Source of the DNA: Candidatus Methylomirabilota bacterium
Lineage (GTDB): Bacteria > Methylomirabilota > Methylomirabilia > Rokubacteriales > CSP1-6
Direction: 5' to 3'
Assembly (NCBI GenBank): GCA_046726415.1
Contig: JBKPAK010000051.1
Location: 1 to 52,989, forward strand
Length of the DNA: 52,989 nucleotides
The notes below the pieces were generated by a model. It did no database searches, was not told the DNA's origin, and saw nothing but the letters and a program-made list of their open reading frames with translations. Positions 1-10,493 of the stretch are shown here, one piece after another. Position 1 is the first letter of the stretch. Every line of letters starts with the position of its first letter. Position numbers and translations under genes: made by a program.

Positions 1-1916
1 GTAACAAGGTCTTCAGCACCGCCACCTTGCAGGAAAAAGTCGAGGTCAAGCTCGGCAGCGTCTACAACCCGGTGGAGGTCCAGCGGTCGGTCGACGCGCT
101 GAAGACGTACTACGAGGAGGACGGCTACCTGGAGGCCAGCATTACGCCGGAGGTCGAGCGCTTCGGCGACGGCGACGTCAGGATCGTGTTCAACATCGTC
201 GAGGGCCGGCGCATCACGATCAATCGCGTGGTCATCGTGGGCAACAAGGGACTGACCGCCGCCCAGATCCGGGAGGCCATGAGCACCCAGGAACGCGAGT
301 ACTACATCTTCCACGGCAAAATCCAGCGTCAGAAGCTCGACGAGGACGTGGAGCGGATCCTCGCCCTCTACAACGACCACGGTTATATCCAGGCGCGAGT
401 GGAGCGCACCGACATCGCCGTCGATCGAGCCCGGGCGGAGGCGACCATCACCATCACCGTGGTGGAGGGACCGCAGTTCCGGGTCGGCGAGATCACGACG
501 ACCGGAGTCACCCTGCTTCCGCTGGCCGAGATCGAGCGCCAATACAAGCTGAAGCCCGGCGATGTGTTCTCGCGGACCAAGCTTCGCGAGACGGTGCAGG
601 CGATCACCGACCTCTACAGCACGATCGGGCGGGCGTCGGTCGACGTGGTTCCCCGCACCGAGAACATCGCCTCGCCACCCACCGTCAACATCACCTACGA
701 GATTACCGAGGGCCCCGAGGTCTACGTCGAGCGGATCAACATCGCGGGGAACACCCGTAGCGAGGACAAGATCCTGCGCCGGGAAATCCCCATGGCGGAG
801 GGCGACCTCTTCACGCTCAAGAAACTCAACACGGCGCGTCAGCGCCTGGTCAACCTGGGCTATTTCGAGACCGTCAACGCCACCACCCAGCCGGGATCGG
901 ATCCGTCCAAGATCATCGTGAACTTCGAGGTGGCCGAGAAGCCGTCCGGGGTGTTCAGCATCGGCGGTGGCTACTCCTCGGCCGATAGCTTCATCGGGAC
1001 CATCGACCTCGCCCAGAACAACTTCTTGGGGCGCGGGTACCAGGCGGCCATTCGCATCCGGGCCGGCGAGCTGATCCAGCAGGGTGTGATCAGCTTCACC
1101 GATCCGTGGCTGTTCGACATGCCGCTGGCCGGTGGCTTCGACCTCTTCAGCCTGAATCGGAACTATACCGACTACACGTGGGAATCCCTGGGAGGCAGCG
1201 CGCGGCTCAGCAAGCCCTTCGAGGAGTTCTGGCGGGTCACCGGCTCCTACCGCCTCTCGCGCGACACCATCTCCGACATCAACCCGATCGCCACCCAGGC
1301 GCTCCAGGACCAGGAGGGAACGACCATCACCTCGATGATCTCGGCCGGGCTGGCGCGCGATAGCCGCGATAGTACTTCGACCCCATCGAAGGGGGGCCAG
1401 GTCTCCGCCAACGGCGACTTTGCCGGCCTCGGCGGCGATCAGCGGTTCGTCAAGCTGGTGGGCAACATCTCCTACTTCCAGCCGGTCTGGCTTGACCACA
1501 TCATCGGGGCCCGCATCGAAGGCGGGTACTTGGCGGGCTGGGGGGGACGGGAGTCGCCGCTGTTCGAGCGCTTCTTCCTCGGCGGACCGAACTCGCTGCG
1601 GGGCTGGAAGTTCCGCCAGATCTCGCCCGTCGACTCGAGCGGTCAGCAGACGGGTGGAACCAGCGAAATCCTGGGCAGCGTGGAGTATCTGATCCCGCTG
1701 CCGTTCAACTTGCGGCTCGCGCTGTTCGTAGATGTTGGCAATGTCTACGGCTTCTCGACCCCCTTCAACATCACGGACCTCAAGGCCGACGTGGGGGCGG
1801 GAATCCGATGGATCTCCCCGTTCGGTCCCATCCGCGTCGACTACGGGCTCAAGATCACCCGGGAATCGGGCGAGGACATCGGGGCCATTCAATTCTCCGT
1901 GGGCTCCCCGTTCTGA
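1..1916 (+). CDS. bamA: Outer membrane protein assembly factor BamA (5' partial; frame open to window edge)
   Basis: POTRA repeats (GNTRSEDKILRRE, LVNLGYFE), barrel motif FFLGGPNSLRG, SPFGPIRVDYG, terminal Phe. Confidence 0.97.
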   Translation, partial: NKVFSTATLQEKVEVKLGSVYNPVEVQRSVDALKTYYEEDGYLEASITPEVERFGDGDVRIVFNIVEGRRITINRVVIVGNKGLTAAQIREAMSTQEREYYIFHGKIQRQKLDEDVERILALYNDHGYIQARVERTDIAVDRARAEATITITVVEGPQFRVGEITTTGVTLLPLAEIERQYKLKPGDVFSRTKLRETVQAITDLYSTIGRASVDVVPRTENIASPPTVNITYEITEGPEVYVERINIAGNTRSEDKILRREIPMAEGDLFTLKKLNTARQRLVNLGYFETVNATTQPGSDPSKIIVNFEVAEKPSGVFSIGGGYSSADSFIGTIDLAQNNFLGRGYQAAIRIRAGELIQQGVISFTDPWLFDMPLAGGFDLFSLNRNYTDYTWESLGGSARLSKPFEEFWRVTGSYRLSRDTISDINPIATQALQDQEGTTITSMISAGLARDSRDSTSTPSKGGQVSANGDFAGLGGDQRFVKLVGNISYFQPVWLDHIIGARIEGGYLAGWGGRESPLFERFFLGGPNSLRGWKFRQISPVDSSGQQTGGTSEILGSVEYLIPLPFNLRLALFVDVGNVYGFSTPFNITDLKADVGAGIRWISPFGPIRVDYGLKITRESGEDIGAIQFSVGSPF

Positions 1917-1944
1917 GGCCGCCCCCCGGGCGAGGAGGAATCGC

Positions 1945-2502
1945 ATGAGACAGCTCGCGGTCGTGATCGCCGCCGTGGTCAGCGTGGCCGGCGGGGTGTG
2001 GCTGGCGGCGGCGCAGACGCCGGCTCCGCCGCCCGCCCAGAAGATCGGCTACATCGACGTGCAGCGCGTGCTGGCGCGCTCGCAGGCGGGGGTGGCCGCC
2101 CGAGAACAGCTGGAGCGTGAGAAGGCCGCCATGCAAAAGGAGATGGACGGCCGGCGGGCCGAGATGGAGAAGCTCCGCGAGGAGATCGAGAAGAAAGGGC
2201 CGCTCATGACGGTCGAGGTCCGGCGGGAGAAACAGGAGTTGTTCGAGCGGAAACGCCGTGACGCCGCTCGACTCGCCGATGACCTCCAGAAGGAACTGGA
2301 GAAGAAGGAGGCCGGCCTCCTACAAAAGGTGTTGAGCGACCTGGCCGGTATCATCGATCGTGTGGGCAAGCAGAAGGGGTACTGGCTGGTGGTCGAACGC
2401 TCGCGGGGCGGCGTGCTGTATGCCGCCGCCGAAGCGGACCTCACCGACGACGTGATTCGCGCCTACGACCAGGACGCGCAGAACAAAGGGCCGAAGAAGT
2501 AA
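1945..2502 (+). CDS. skp: Periplasmic chaperone Skp/OmpH
   Basis: RBS GAGGAGG before ATG 1945; signal peptide; KIGYIDVQRV, coiled coil, DLTDDVI; follows bamA. Confidence 0.93.
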   Translation: MRQLAVVIAAVVSVAGGVWLAAAQTPAPPPAQKIGYIDVQRVLARSQAGVAAREQLEREKAAMQKEMDGRRAEMEKLREEIEKKGPLMTVEVRREKQELFERKRRDAARLADDLQKELEKKEAGLLQKVLSDLAGIIDRVGKQKGYWLVVERSRGGVLYAAAEADLTDDVIRAYDQDAQNKGPKK

Positions 2503-3333
2503 GTGGGGGCGACGGCAGAGATCCATCCGACGGCCGTCGTCGATCCCCAGGCGGTGCTCGGCCCGGGGACTCGCATCGGGGCCTTCTCGATCATCGGCAG
2601 CCAGGTCACCATCGGGCCCGAGGCCGAGATCGGCCATCACGTGGTCCTCGAGGGGCGGGTGATCGTCGGCCCGCGCGCGCGGATCGGTCACGGGAGCATC
2701 CTGGGGGGCATCCCGCAGGATCTCAAGTTCAAACGGGGAACGCCCTCGGGGGTTCGGATCGGAGCCGGCACCACGATCCGCGAATACGTCACGATCCATC
2801 GGGCCACCCAGCCGGAAACGTGGACGGAGATCGGCGACGACTGCCTGCTCATGGCCATGTGCCACGTCGCGCACGACTGCCGGGTGGGCAACCACGTCAT
2901 CGTGATCAACTATGCGGGACTGACGGGCCACACGGAAGTCGAGGACCATGCGACGGTCGGTGGCTTGACCGGGGTGGCGCCCTTCGTCCGCATCGGCGCG
3001 TTCGCCTACATCGGCGGCTGCTCGAAGGTGACCGCCGACGTTCCGCCCTATATGCTGGCCGACGGCGCCCCGGCGACCGCGCGCGGGGTGAACGTGATTG
3101 GGCTTCGCCGGAGTGGCATGAGAGCCGCTGAGCGGAGGCTCCTCCAGGAGGCATATCGGATCCTCTACCGCAGCGCACTGGTGCCGGCCCGGGCGGTGGA
3201 GACCATCCGCGCCACGCTGCCCGCCACGGCCGCCCTGAGCCATCTGGTGGAATTCGTCTCCGGAGCCCGGCGCGGCATCTGTGGTCCGCTCCGCCGGCGG
3301 ACCGAGCCCGACCGCGGCGAGCCCGTCTTCTGA
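2503..3333 (+). CDS. lpxA: Acyl-ACP--UDP-N-acetylglucosamine O-acyltransferase
   Basis: Hexapeptide repeats, IHPTAVV, PQDLKF, IREYVTIHRAT, HVAHDC, GVNVIGLRR. Confidence 0.96.
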   Translation: MGATAEIHPTAVVDPQAVLGPGTRIGAFSIIGSQVTIGPEAEIGHHVVLEGRVIVGPRARIGHGSILGGIPQDLKFKRGTPSGVRIGAGTTIREYVTIHRATQPETWTEIGDDCLLMAMCHVAHDCRVGNHVIVINYAGLTGHTEVEDHATVGGLTGVAPFVRIGAFAYIGGCSKVTADVPPYMLADGAPATARGVNVIGLRRSGMRAAERRLLQEAYRILYRSALVPARAVETIRATLPATAALSHLVEFVSGARRGICGPLRRRTEPDRGEPVF

Positions 3334-4361
3334 TGGGAACCGCCGAGCATCGGGTGCGAGCCGGAGTCGTGGGCGCGGGCCACATGGGCCAGTACCACAT
3401 TCTCGTCTTCGCCGAGCTGTGGGAGGTGGATCTCGTCGGGGTGGTGGACATCGACAGTGAGCGGGCGGCCACCGTGGCGCGGAAGTACGACACCCTGCCC
3501 TTCGCGGATCACCGCGACCTCATCGGACGGGTCGACATCGCTTCGGTCGCCGTGCCCACCGACCGACATTACGCGGTGGCCCGCGATCTTCTCGAGGGCG
3601 GAGTGAGCGTGCTCGTGGAGAAGCCCATGGCCCCGACCCTCGAGGAGGCGCGCGGGTTGTTCGAGATCGCGCGCCGCGCCGGGGTGGTCCTGCACGTGGG
3701 GCACGTGGAGCGGTACAACGGCGCCGTGCAGGAGTTGCGGAAGATCGTGGAGCGCCCCATCCTCATCGAGTCCCGCCGACTCGGGCCCTTCGTGCCTCGC
3801 GTGCGGAAGGACACCGTGGTCATGGACTTGATGATCCACGACATCGACATCGTGCTGAACTTGATGCCCAGTCGGCCCCGAGCGATCTGCGCCTTCGGCT
3901 CCGCCGTGCATTCCGCGGTGACCGACGTGGCCAGTGTGCAGATCGGTTTCGAGTCCGGGGCCATCGCCATCATCACGGCCAGCCGGGCCACCGAGGAAAA
4001 GATCCGGACTCTCGCCATCACCCAGCCCGAGGCCTACATCGTGCTCGACTATAGCGATCAGAGCATCGAGATCCGGCGCCGGGCCGCGCAGGAGTACAGT
4101 CTGAACCGCGAGGCCATCCGCTACCGACAGGCCTCCTTCGTCGAGCATGTCTTCGTGCACAAGGACAATCCGCTCAAGCACGAGATCCTCCACCTCGTCC
4201 GCGCCTTCCGCACGATGCGGGGGGGCGGCTCGATCGAGCTGGCCGAGGCGGAGGATTTGAGGTCCTTGGCCATGGCGCTGGAGATCGAGCGCATGATCCA
4301 GGAAGGGCGCACCGAGGGCCTCCTGCCTGACGGCCTGCCGTGGAGCGCACGCTCGCTCTGA
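3333..4361 (+). CDS. Gfo/Idh/MocA NAD-dependent oxidoreductase, GnnA-like
   Basis: GAGHMG Rossmann motif, VEKP, GHVERYN, DLMIHDID; lies between lpxA and lpxI/lpxB. Confidence 0.85.
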   Translation: MGTAEHRVRAGVVGAGHMGQYHILVFAELWEVDLVGVVDIDSERAATVARKYDTLPFADHRDLIGRVDIASVAVPTDRHYAVARDLLEGGVSVLVEKPMAPTLEEARGLFEIARRAGVVLHVGHVERYNGAVQELRKIVERPILIESRRLGPFVPRVRKDTVVMDLMIHDIDIVLNLMPSRPRAICAFGSAVHSAVTDVASVQIGFESGAIAIITASRATEEKIRTLAITQPEAYIVLDYSDQSIEIRRRAAQEYSLNREAIRYRQASFVEHVFVHKDNPLKHEILHLVRAFRTMRGGGSIELAEAEDLRSLAMALEIERMIQEGRTEGLLPDGLPWSARSL

Positions 4362-5161
4362 TCTGCGGGGCGGGGCCGCTCCCGGCGCGAATGGCGAGTC
4401 AGGCGCGAGGGGAGGGATGGCGAGTCGTCGCCTTCACCTTCGCCGCCGAGGAAGGCCTCGACGAGTGGGTCGCCCGGGTGGTGCCGAGCCGGATCACGGA
4501 ACTCGGGCCGGTGTTGGCGGCCTTTCATGAGGAGAAGGTCGGCGGAGCGCTCTTCTCCGGGAAGTTCTGGATGCAGGAACTGCTGAGCGCCGACCGCGGT
4601 CAGGCCGACACCCTCGCCGCGTCGTTTGAGGAGCGAGCGCAATCGCGGTCCGGCAGCCATCTCTCGCGCGTGATCGTCGCGACCCTGGCCGGGCTCGGCA
4701 TCGAGATCCTCGACCAACGCGATTTCATGGGTGACTGGCTGGCCGAGCCAGGATGCCTGACCCCGCGGGTGCCGACGGAAGAAGAGCTGCGCGATGTGCA
4801 TACCGGGCTGGGAGTGGCCCGCGCGGTGGCCGAGGAGGGTGTCGGCCAGACCGTGGTGCTTCGCCACGGGATCGTGACGGCGGTGGAAGCCGTGGAGGGA
4901 ACGACGGTCGCCATCGAGCGAGGCATGGCGCTGGCCGGACCGGGGGCGGTGATCGTGAAGGCCGTGGCGCGCGACCACGACTATCGCTTCGACCTCCCTG
5001 CCATCGGTCCCGACACGATTGAGGCGGCGGCCGGCGGGCGCGCGAGCGTGCTGGCCATCCAGGCCGGCCAGGTGGTGCTTCTCGAACGCCAGCAGGCGCT
5101 TGCTCGCGCCGCTGCCCTGGGGCTAGCCGTCGTGGCCGTGGTCGACGATGCCGCCAGGTGA
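4340..5161 (+). CDS. lpxI: UDP-2,3-diacylglucosamine pyrophosphatase LpxI
   Basis: LICGAGPLP, GQTVV, AVEAVEGT, D.RFDLPAIGPDT motifs; adjacent to lpxB. Confidence 0.9.
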   Translation: MERTLALICGAGPLPARMASQARGEGWRVVAFTFAAEEGLDEWVARVVPSRITELGPVLAAFHEEKVGGALFSGKFWMQELLSADRGQADTLAASFEERAQSRSGSHLSRVIVATLAGLGIEILDQRDFMGDWLAEPGCLTPRVPTEEELRDVHTGLGVARAVAEEGVGQTVVLRHGIVTAVEAVEGTTVAIERGMALAGPGAVIVKAVARDHDYRFDLPAIGPDTIEAAAGGRASVLAIQAGQVVLLERQQALARAAALGLAVVAVVDDAAR

Positions 5162-6371
5162 CGGCGACGTCGCTCAGCGAGCGATGGTGTCCGGGGGGAT
5201 TGGTCGAGAGGAAGGACGGTCAGCGGCCCGCACCGATACGATCATGATCGTGGCCGGTGAGGCCTCCGGGGACCTTCACGGAGCAGCCCTGGCTCACGCG
5301 CTGAGAAGGCAGGCCGAGGGGTGCCGCCTGATCGGAATGGGCGGGCCAGCCATGGCCGAGGCTGGCGTGGACTGCGTGGCCGACGTGACGGGAGCATCGC
5401 CGGTTGGCTTCGTCGAAGCGCTCGGGCACCTCGGCGCCCTGCGCCGCGCGTTTCAGCGCCTGCGCGCAGTGGTCGTCGGTCCCACTCCTCCCCGCCTCGT
5501 CGTGCTCATCGACTTTCCCGAGTTCAATCTCCGCCTCGCCAGGGTCGCGCGGCAGGCGGCCATTCCCGTCGTGTACTTCATTCCACCGCAGATCTGGGCC
5601 TGGCGCCCCAGACGCGTGAAGACCATCCGACGGGTCGTCTCGCTCGTCCTCGCCGTCCTTCCCTTCGAGCGGGCGCTCTACCGGCGGGCGGGCGTGCCGG
5701 TCGAGTTCATCGGACACCCCCTGCGCGACCGCATTGCCGCCGCACCGTCACGAGAGGCGGCCCGCGAGCGACTCGGTCTCACGGCCAGCGGGGAGGTGAT
5801 CGGGCTGCTCCCGGGCAGCCGGCCCGCCGAGATCGACTCCGTGCTTCCCGTGATGCGGGAGGCCACGCGGCTGATCCGCCAGCGGCGACCCGGCGTGCGG
5901 TTCGTGCTGGCGCTGGCCCCCACCGTCGAGCGCCACGCGGTGAGCGCGGTCCTCGGCTCGGCGCCGGGCGTGGCAGTGGTCGGTGGGCAAACGTATGCCG
6001 TCATGCGCGCCGCTGATCTCCTCCTCGCGACGTCCGGCACGGCCACTCTCGAAGCGGCCCTGCTCGGGACCCCGATGGTGGTGTGCTATCGGCTGACGGC
6101 GCTGAGCGAGACCATCGTGCGTCTCTTGGTGCGCGTGCCGTGGGTCAGCCTGCCGAATCTTCTGGCCGGGCGGGCCGTGGTGCCCGAGCTGTATCGGCGG
6201 GCCACGTCGCCTGAGAAGCTTGCCGACACGGCGCTCGACCTCCTGGCGAGCCGCGAAGGCCTCGCGGCGCAGCGGGCCGCGTTCTCGGAAATCAGCGAAC
6301 AACTCGGAACCGGCAACGTCGCCGAGCGGGCGGCCGCTCTGGTGCTGGCGGAAGCGGCCCGCTCGCGATGA
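5148..6371 (+). CDS. lpxB: Lipid-A-disaccharide synthase (start uncertain)
   Basis: IVAGEASGDLHG, IDFPEFN, PQIWAWR, LLPGSR, SGTATLE. Confidence 0.96.
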   Translation: MPPGDGDVAQRAMVSGGIGREEGRSAARTDTIMIVAGEASGDLHGAALAHALRRQAEGCRLIGMGGPAMAEAGVDCVADVTGASPVGFVEALGHLGALRRAFQRLRAVVVGPTPPRLVVLIDFPEFNLRLARVARQAAIPVVYFIPPQIWAWRPRRVKTIRRVVSLVLAVLPFERALYRRAGVPVEFIGHPLRDRIAAAPSREAARERLGLTASGEVIGLLPGSRPAEIDSVLPVMREATRLIRQRRPGVRFVLALAPTVERHAVSAVLGSAPGVAVVGGQTYAVMRAADLLLATSGTATLEAALLGTPMVVCYRLTALSETIVRLLVRVPWVSLPNLLAGRAVVPELYRRATSPEKLADTALDLLASREGLAAQRAAFSEISEQLGTGNVAERAAALVLAEAARSR

Positions 6372-6398
6372 CGACGGTGGCTGTGCGATGAGAGCGCC

Positions 6399-7073
6399 GT
6401 GCGGGCGATGACCGGCGCGGCGCTCCGGGTGGCGGTGGCGCCTCCCCTAGTCTCGGGCCTCGTGCGATGTCTGGGGCCAACCTTGCGGCTGGCCGTCGAG
6501 GGCACCGAGCCCCTCGCCCCGCTCTGGGGGATGGGCCGCCCGCTGATCTATGCGGTGTGGCACGGGCGCATTCTGATGGTCCCATGGCTGAACGCGCGCC
6601 TTCGGCACATGGCCGGCGCCCGCCCCGTGCGCGTTCTGGCCAGCCGATCGTCGGATGGCGAACTCGTGGCGCGTTACGTCCGTCGCTTCGGACTCGGCGT
6701 CGCGCGCGGATCTTCGTCCCGCGGCGGCGCGGCGGCGTTGCGCGCCCTCGCCGTGGCGTTAGGCGAGGGGGAGGACGTTGCGGTCATTCCCGATGGACCA
6801 CGGGGCCCGCGCGGTCACGCGCAGCCCGGCGTGGTGGCGCTCGCGGCGTTGAGCGGGGCTCCCGTCGTCCCCATGGCCTTCGCCGCGCAGCCCAGTCTCC
6901 GCCTGGCGACGTGGGACGAGTTCATGATTCCGCTGCCCTTCGCCCGCGCCGCCGCGATTTTCGGCGCGCCAGTGCGCGTCGATCGCGACGCCGACCGCGC
7001 GGGAGCGCTGAAAGCAGTCGAAGGGGCCCTGGAGGACGTCACCGCGGCCGCCGACCGGCGAGTGCGCGCATGA
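6399..7073 (+). CDS. DUF374 lysophospholipid acyltransferase family (LpxJ-like)
   Basis: WHGRI, SRSSDGE, RGSSSRGG, PDGPRGP, WDEFMIPLPF. Confidence 0.88.
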   Translation: MRAMTGAALRVAVAPPLVSGLVRCLGPTLRLAVEGTEPLAPLWGMGRPLIYAVWHGRILMVPWLNARLRHMAGARPVRVLASRSSDGELVARYVRRFGLGVARGSSSRGGAAALRALAVALGEGEDVAVIPDGPRGPRGHAQPGVVALAALSGAPVVPMAFAAQPSLRLATWDEFMIPLPFARAAAIFGAPVRVDRDADRAGALKAVEGALEDVTAAADRRVRA

Positions 7074-8407
7074 TCCACGGTGTGTATACGGCGGTGCTGG
7101 CCGGCCTGATCGCGGCGTATGCGCCCGTGGCCCTCGGTCGGAAGCTCACCCGAGGCGTGCCGCTGAACCTGCGAGCCCGTCTCGGCTTCGATCCCCGTAC
7201 GCGGTCTGGGCGGCGGCCCGGATGGATCCATGCGGTGTCGGTCGGAGAGTCGATCGCCGCCGTGCCGCTGGCGACGGGCCTCCGGAGGCGCTATCCCCAG
7301 CTACCGCTGGTGATGACGACGGTGACAGAAACCGGCGCCCAGGTGGTGCGTCAGCGGCTGGACGAGTTGGTCGAGCACCGCTACTTCCCGCTGGATCTTC
7401 CGCGGGCGGTCGGGCGCGTCGTCGATGCGATCGACCCCGCCTTCCTCATCTGCATGGAGACGGAGCTATGGCCCAACCTCCTGCGTCGGCTTCATGCGCG
7501 GGGTGTCCCGGTCATGATTGCCAATGGCCGTCTCTCCGACCGCTCGTTTCGTCACTACACCGTCGTGCGGTCACTTTTGCGCCCGATGTTGAAGTCGATC
7601 CAGCTGTTCGCCATGCAATCTGAGGAGGACGCGCGGCGCATCATCGCGTTGGGTGCCCCGGCGGATCGCGTCGTGGTGACGGGAAACATGAAGCACGACG
7701 TGGTGACGCCCGCGGCCGACCAGGAGGAGCGCTGGCGACGATGCCTCCGGCTCGACGCCGCTCGCCGAGTGTGGATGGCCGGGAGCACGCACCCGGGCGA
7801 GGAAGAGGCGGTCCTGGACGCTCACGCGCTGGCGCGTGAGGGATGCCCCGACCTGGCGCTGATCGTGGCGCCGCGCCATCCGGAGCGAGCGACCGAAGTG
7901 GTGGACCTGGTGCGCGCGCGGGGTTGGCCCGTCGTTCGAAGGAGCGCGCTGGTCGACCCGCTGGCCCCGGATGCCGCGATGATTGTCGACCCGCCGGCCC
8001 AGGATACCGTGATCGTTCTCGACACGGTGGGAGAACTCGCGGGACTCTATGCGGTCGCCGACGTGGTCTTCGTCGGCGGGAGCCTGGTGCCCAGGGGCGG
8101 TCAAAATCTGCTCGAGCCAGCGCGGCTCGGAAAGGCCGTGCTGTTCGGTCCCCACACCGGCAACTTTCGCGAGGCAGCCGCCCTGCTCCTGAGCGAAGGA
8201 GGAGGTCTGATCGTGACCAACCCGGCCGAGCTGGCGTCGGGCCTACGGGCACTACTGGCCGACGAGACCGAGCGACGGCGAATGGGTGCCGCGGCCCGCG
8301 CCGCGGTGGTTGGCCGGCAGGGCGCGGTGGGACGGACCCTCGACCTCGTCGGCGTCCTCCTCACGCCCCCGCGCGATCGCGCCTTCGCCCTTCGCGAGAG
8401 CGGATGA
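7070..8407 (+). CDS. waaA: Kdo transferase
   Basis: WIHAVSVGE, ETELWPN, GSTHPGEE, APRHPER, GGQNLLEPA; ATGA overlap with previous gene. Confidence 0.95.
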   Translation: MIHGVYTAVLAGLIAAYAPVALGRKLTRGVPLNLRARLGFDPRTRSGRRPGWIHAVSVGESIAAVPLATGLRRRYPQLPLVMTTVTETGAQVVRQRLDELVEHRYFPLDLPRAVGRVVDAIDPAFLICMETELWPNLLRRLHARGVPVMIANGRLSDRSFRHYTVVRSLLRPMLKSIQLFAMQSEEDARRIIALGAPADRVVVTGNMKHDVVTPAADQEERWRRCLRLDAARRVWMAGSTHPGEEEAVLDAHALAREGCPDLALIVAPRHPERATEVVDLVRARGWPVVRRSALVDPLAPDAAMIVDPPAQDTVIVLDTVGELAGLYAVADVVFVGGSLVPRGGQNLLEPARLGKAVLFGPHTGNFREAAALLLSEGGGLIVTNPAELASGLRALLADETERRRMGAAARAAVVGRQGAVGRTLDLVGVLLTPPRDRAFALRESG

Positions 8408-9498
8408 CGGCGAGCGTGTCCGCACGCATCGTGGCGGCGTGGGAAGCGGGCGCACGGCCGGGTCCGCGTCCGCTGATGACGGCCCTGTCCGGGGCGTACC
8501 GAGGGCTCATCGCGACTCGCGAGTGGCTGTACGAGAGCGGGCTGCTGAAGTCGGAGGCAGTCGGCTATCCCGTCGTCTCCATCGGAAATCTCACGGTGGG
8601 CGGCACCGGCAAGACACCGGCCGTGGAGTTGGCGGTGCGGACCTTGAAAGACCTCGGATACAAGCCCGCGGTGGTGAGTCGCGGCTACCGGCGCCGCAGC
8701 CGCGGCGTTCAGGTCGTGGCAGACGCAGCGGCGATCCGCCTGGAGGGCGAAGATGCCGGGGATGAACCGTTCCTGCTGGCCCGTCGTCTGCCCGGGATTC
8801 CGGTGCTCGTGGGGGCGAACCGAGCCGAAGCGGTCAAGGTCGCTCGGAACCGATTCGACATCTCGGCCATCGTGCTCGACGACGGCTTCCAGCATCGGAC
8901 CCTCAGAAAGGATCTGGAGATCGTCATGGCGCGAGCTCGGCACCCCTGGGGTAACGGCCGCCTGCTGCCCGAGGGACCTCTGCGCGAGCCGCTCGGTGCA
9001 CTCGCGCGGGCAGACCTCGTGGTGGTCGCGGGGGCGGAAGCGGTCGACGATGCCCCGGAGGTCCTGGCCGCCAGTCGTCGATACGCGCCCGCGTGTCCCG
9101 TTTTGGCCGCGCGGTTTGTGCCGGTGGAATGCTGGGAGGCGCAGCGCGGGCGTCCTGTCCCGCTCGCTCAGCTTTCCAGCGCGCGTCTGGTCGCCTTCGC
9201 CGGAATCGCGTCGCCTGCGGCGTTCGACGCTACCCTGGCCGAACTCGGCGTGCAGGTGCAGACGGTGGTGGCCTTCCGCGATCACCACTGGTACGAGGAG
9301 CGTGACCTGGCCGCGCTCGAGTCCCGAGCGGAGGCACCGGGAATCGACGGGCTGGTGACCACCGAGAAAGACTGGGTCCGCCTCCGCCCCCTGCGCCGGT
9401 GTCGACAACCTCTTTACGTCGTGAGCGTCCGCCTGGACCTGGTGGCCGGGCACGCGGCCTGGATGGCGGCCTTCGAGCGCGTATGCCCGAAACGGTGA
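8404..9498 (+). CDS. lpxK: Tetraacyldisaccharide 4'-kinase
   Basis: [37 protein letters not shown]. Confidence 0.96.
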   Translation: MTASVSARIVAAWEAGARPGPRPLMTALSGAYRGLIATREWLYESGLLKSEAVGYPVVSIGNLTVGGTGKTPAVELAVRTLKDLGYKPAVVSRGYRRRSRGVQVVADAAAIRLEGEDAGDEPFLLARRLPGIPVLVGANRAEAVKVARNRFDISAIVLDDGFQHRTLRKDLEIVMARARHPWGNGRLLPEGPLREPLGALARADLVVVAGAEAVDDAPEVLAASRRYAPACPVLAARFVPVECWEAQRGRPVPLAQLSSARLVAFAGIASPAAFDATLAELGVQVQTVVAFRDHHWYEERDLAALESRAEAPGIDGLVTTEKDWVRLRPLRRCRQPLYVVSVRLDLVAGHAAWMAAFERVCPKR

Positions 9499-10493
9499 TC
9501 GTGCGCCTGCCCAATTGGCTGGGGGACACCGTGATGGCCGTGCCAGCCGTCCGCGCGCTGCGGGGGCATTGGAGCGAGGCCCGGCTCGTGCTGGCTGGGC
9601 CTTGGGCTGCACTGCTGGCCGGACAGGGCCTCGGCGATGTCCTTGTCGACTATCCGCGGGATTGGATGGGGCGGTTGCGCACGGCGGACAGCGTGCGCGC
9701 CCTCGGGGGTGACGTCGCCGTCCTGCTGCCGAACTCAGTGGAGGCCACGTTGGCGGCGCGGTACTGGGGGGCGCGCCGCATCGTGGGCTTCGCCACGGGC
9801 GGACGGGCATGGTTCCTCACCGATGCCCTCCCGTTGCCGAGCCCGCGCGGTCATCAAATCGACGAGTATCTCTGTCTCGTCGAGCACCTCGGCGCGGCGA
9901 ACGGCGAGCGTGAGCCGCGTCTGATGGCGCCGAATGCCGACGGCCACGCGCGTCGCGAGGTGCGCGCGTTGCTCGACGAGGCGGCCGGACCGGCCGCCAT
10001 CGCCGGTCGGAGGCGCGTGGGTGTTCACGTCGGCGCTGCCTACGGCGCCGCCAAAGTGTGGCCCGTTGAACGCGTGATCGATTTCTGTCGGCTCCTCGCG
10101 GATACCGACCTCGTGGCCGTGCTCCTGGGGGCACCGGGCGATGCCGCCATCGCCGAGGAAGTCTTGCGGGCGGCGCCCGCGGCAAATCTGGTCGGTCGCG
10201 ATCGCCCCGACCGCCTCACTGCCGTTCTCGCCGAGATGGATGCCCTCGTGTGTGGCGACACCGGCGTGGGCCACTTGGCGGCGGCGATGGGAACGCCCGT
10301 GGTCGCGGTCTTCGGACCTACCGATCCCTGGCGGAGCGCCCCGCGTGGGCCCGCCGTGGTCATGCGGAATCCGCTCCCCTGCGCCCCCTGCTTTTACCGC
10401 GTCTGCCCCATCGACCACCCCTGCCTGCGAGGAATCGAAGCCACGGCCGTGACCGAGCGCGTTCGTCTCGCACTGGCGGCGAGTGCGGGGTGA
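9483..10493 (+). CDS. waaF: LPS heptosyltransferase II
   Basis: RLPNWLGDTVMA, GAAYGAAKVWP, DTGVGHLAAA, CAPC..R.CP..HPC (GT9). Confidence 0.9.
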   Translation: MPETVIVRLPNWLGDTVMAVPAVRALRGHWSEARLVLAGPWAALLAGQGLGDVLVDYPRDWMGRLRTADSVRALGGDVAVLLPNSVEATLAARYWGARRIVGFATGGRAWFLTDALPLPSPRGHQIDEYLCLVEHLGAANGEREPRLMAPNADGHARREVRALLDEAAGPAAIAGRRRVGVHVGAAYGAAKVWPVERVIDFCRLLADTDLVAVLLGAPGDAAIAEEVLRAAPAANLVGRDRPDRLTAVLAEMDALVCGDTGVGHLAAAMGTPVVAVFGPTDPWRSAPRGPAVVMRNPLPCAPCFYRVCPIDHPCLRGIEATAVTERVRLALAASAG

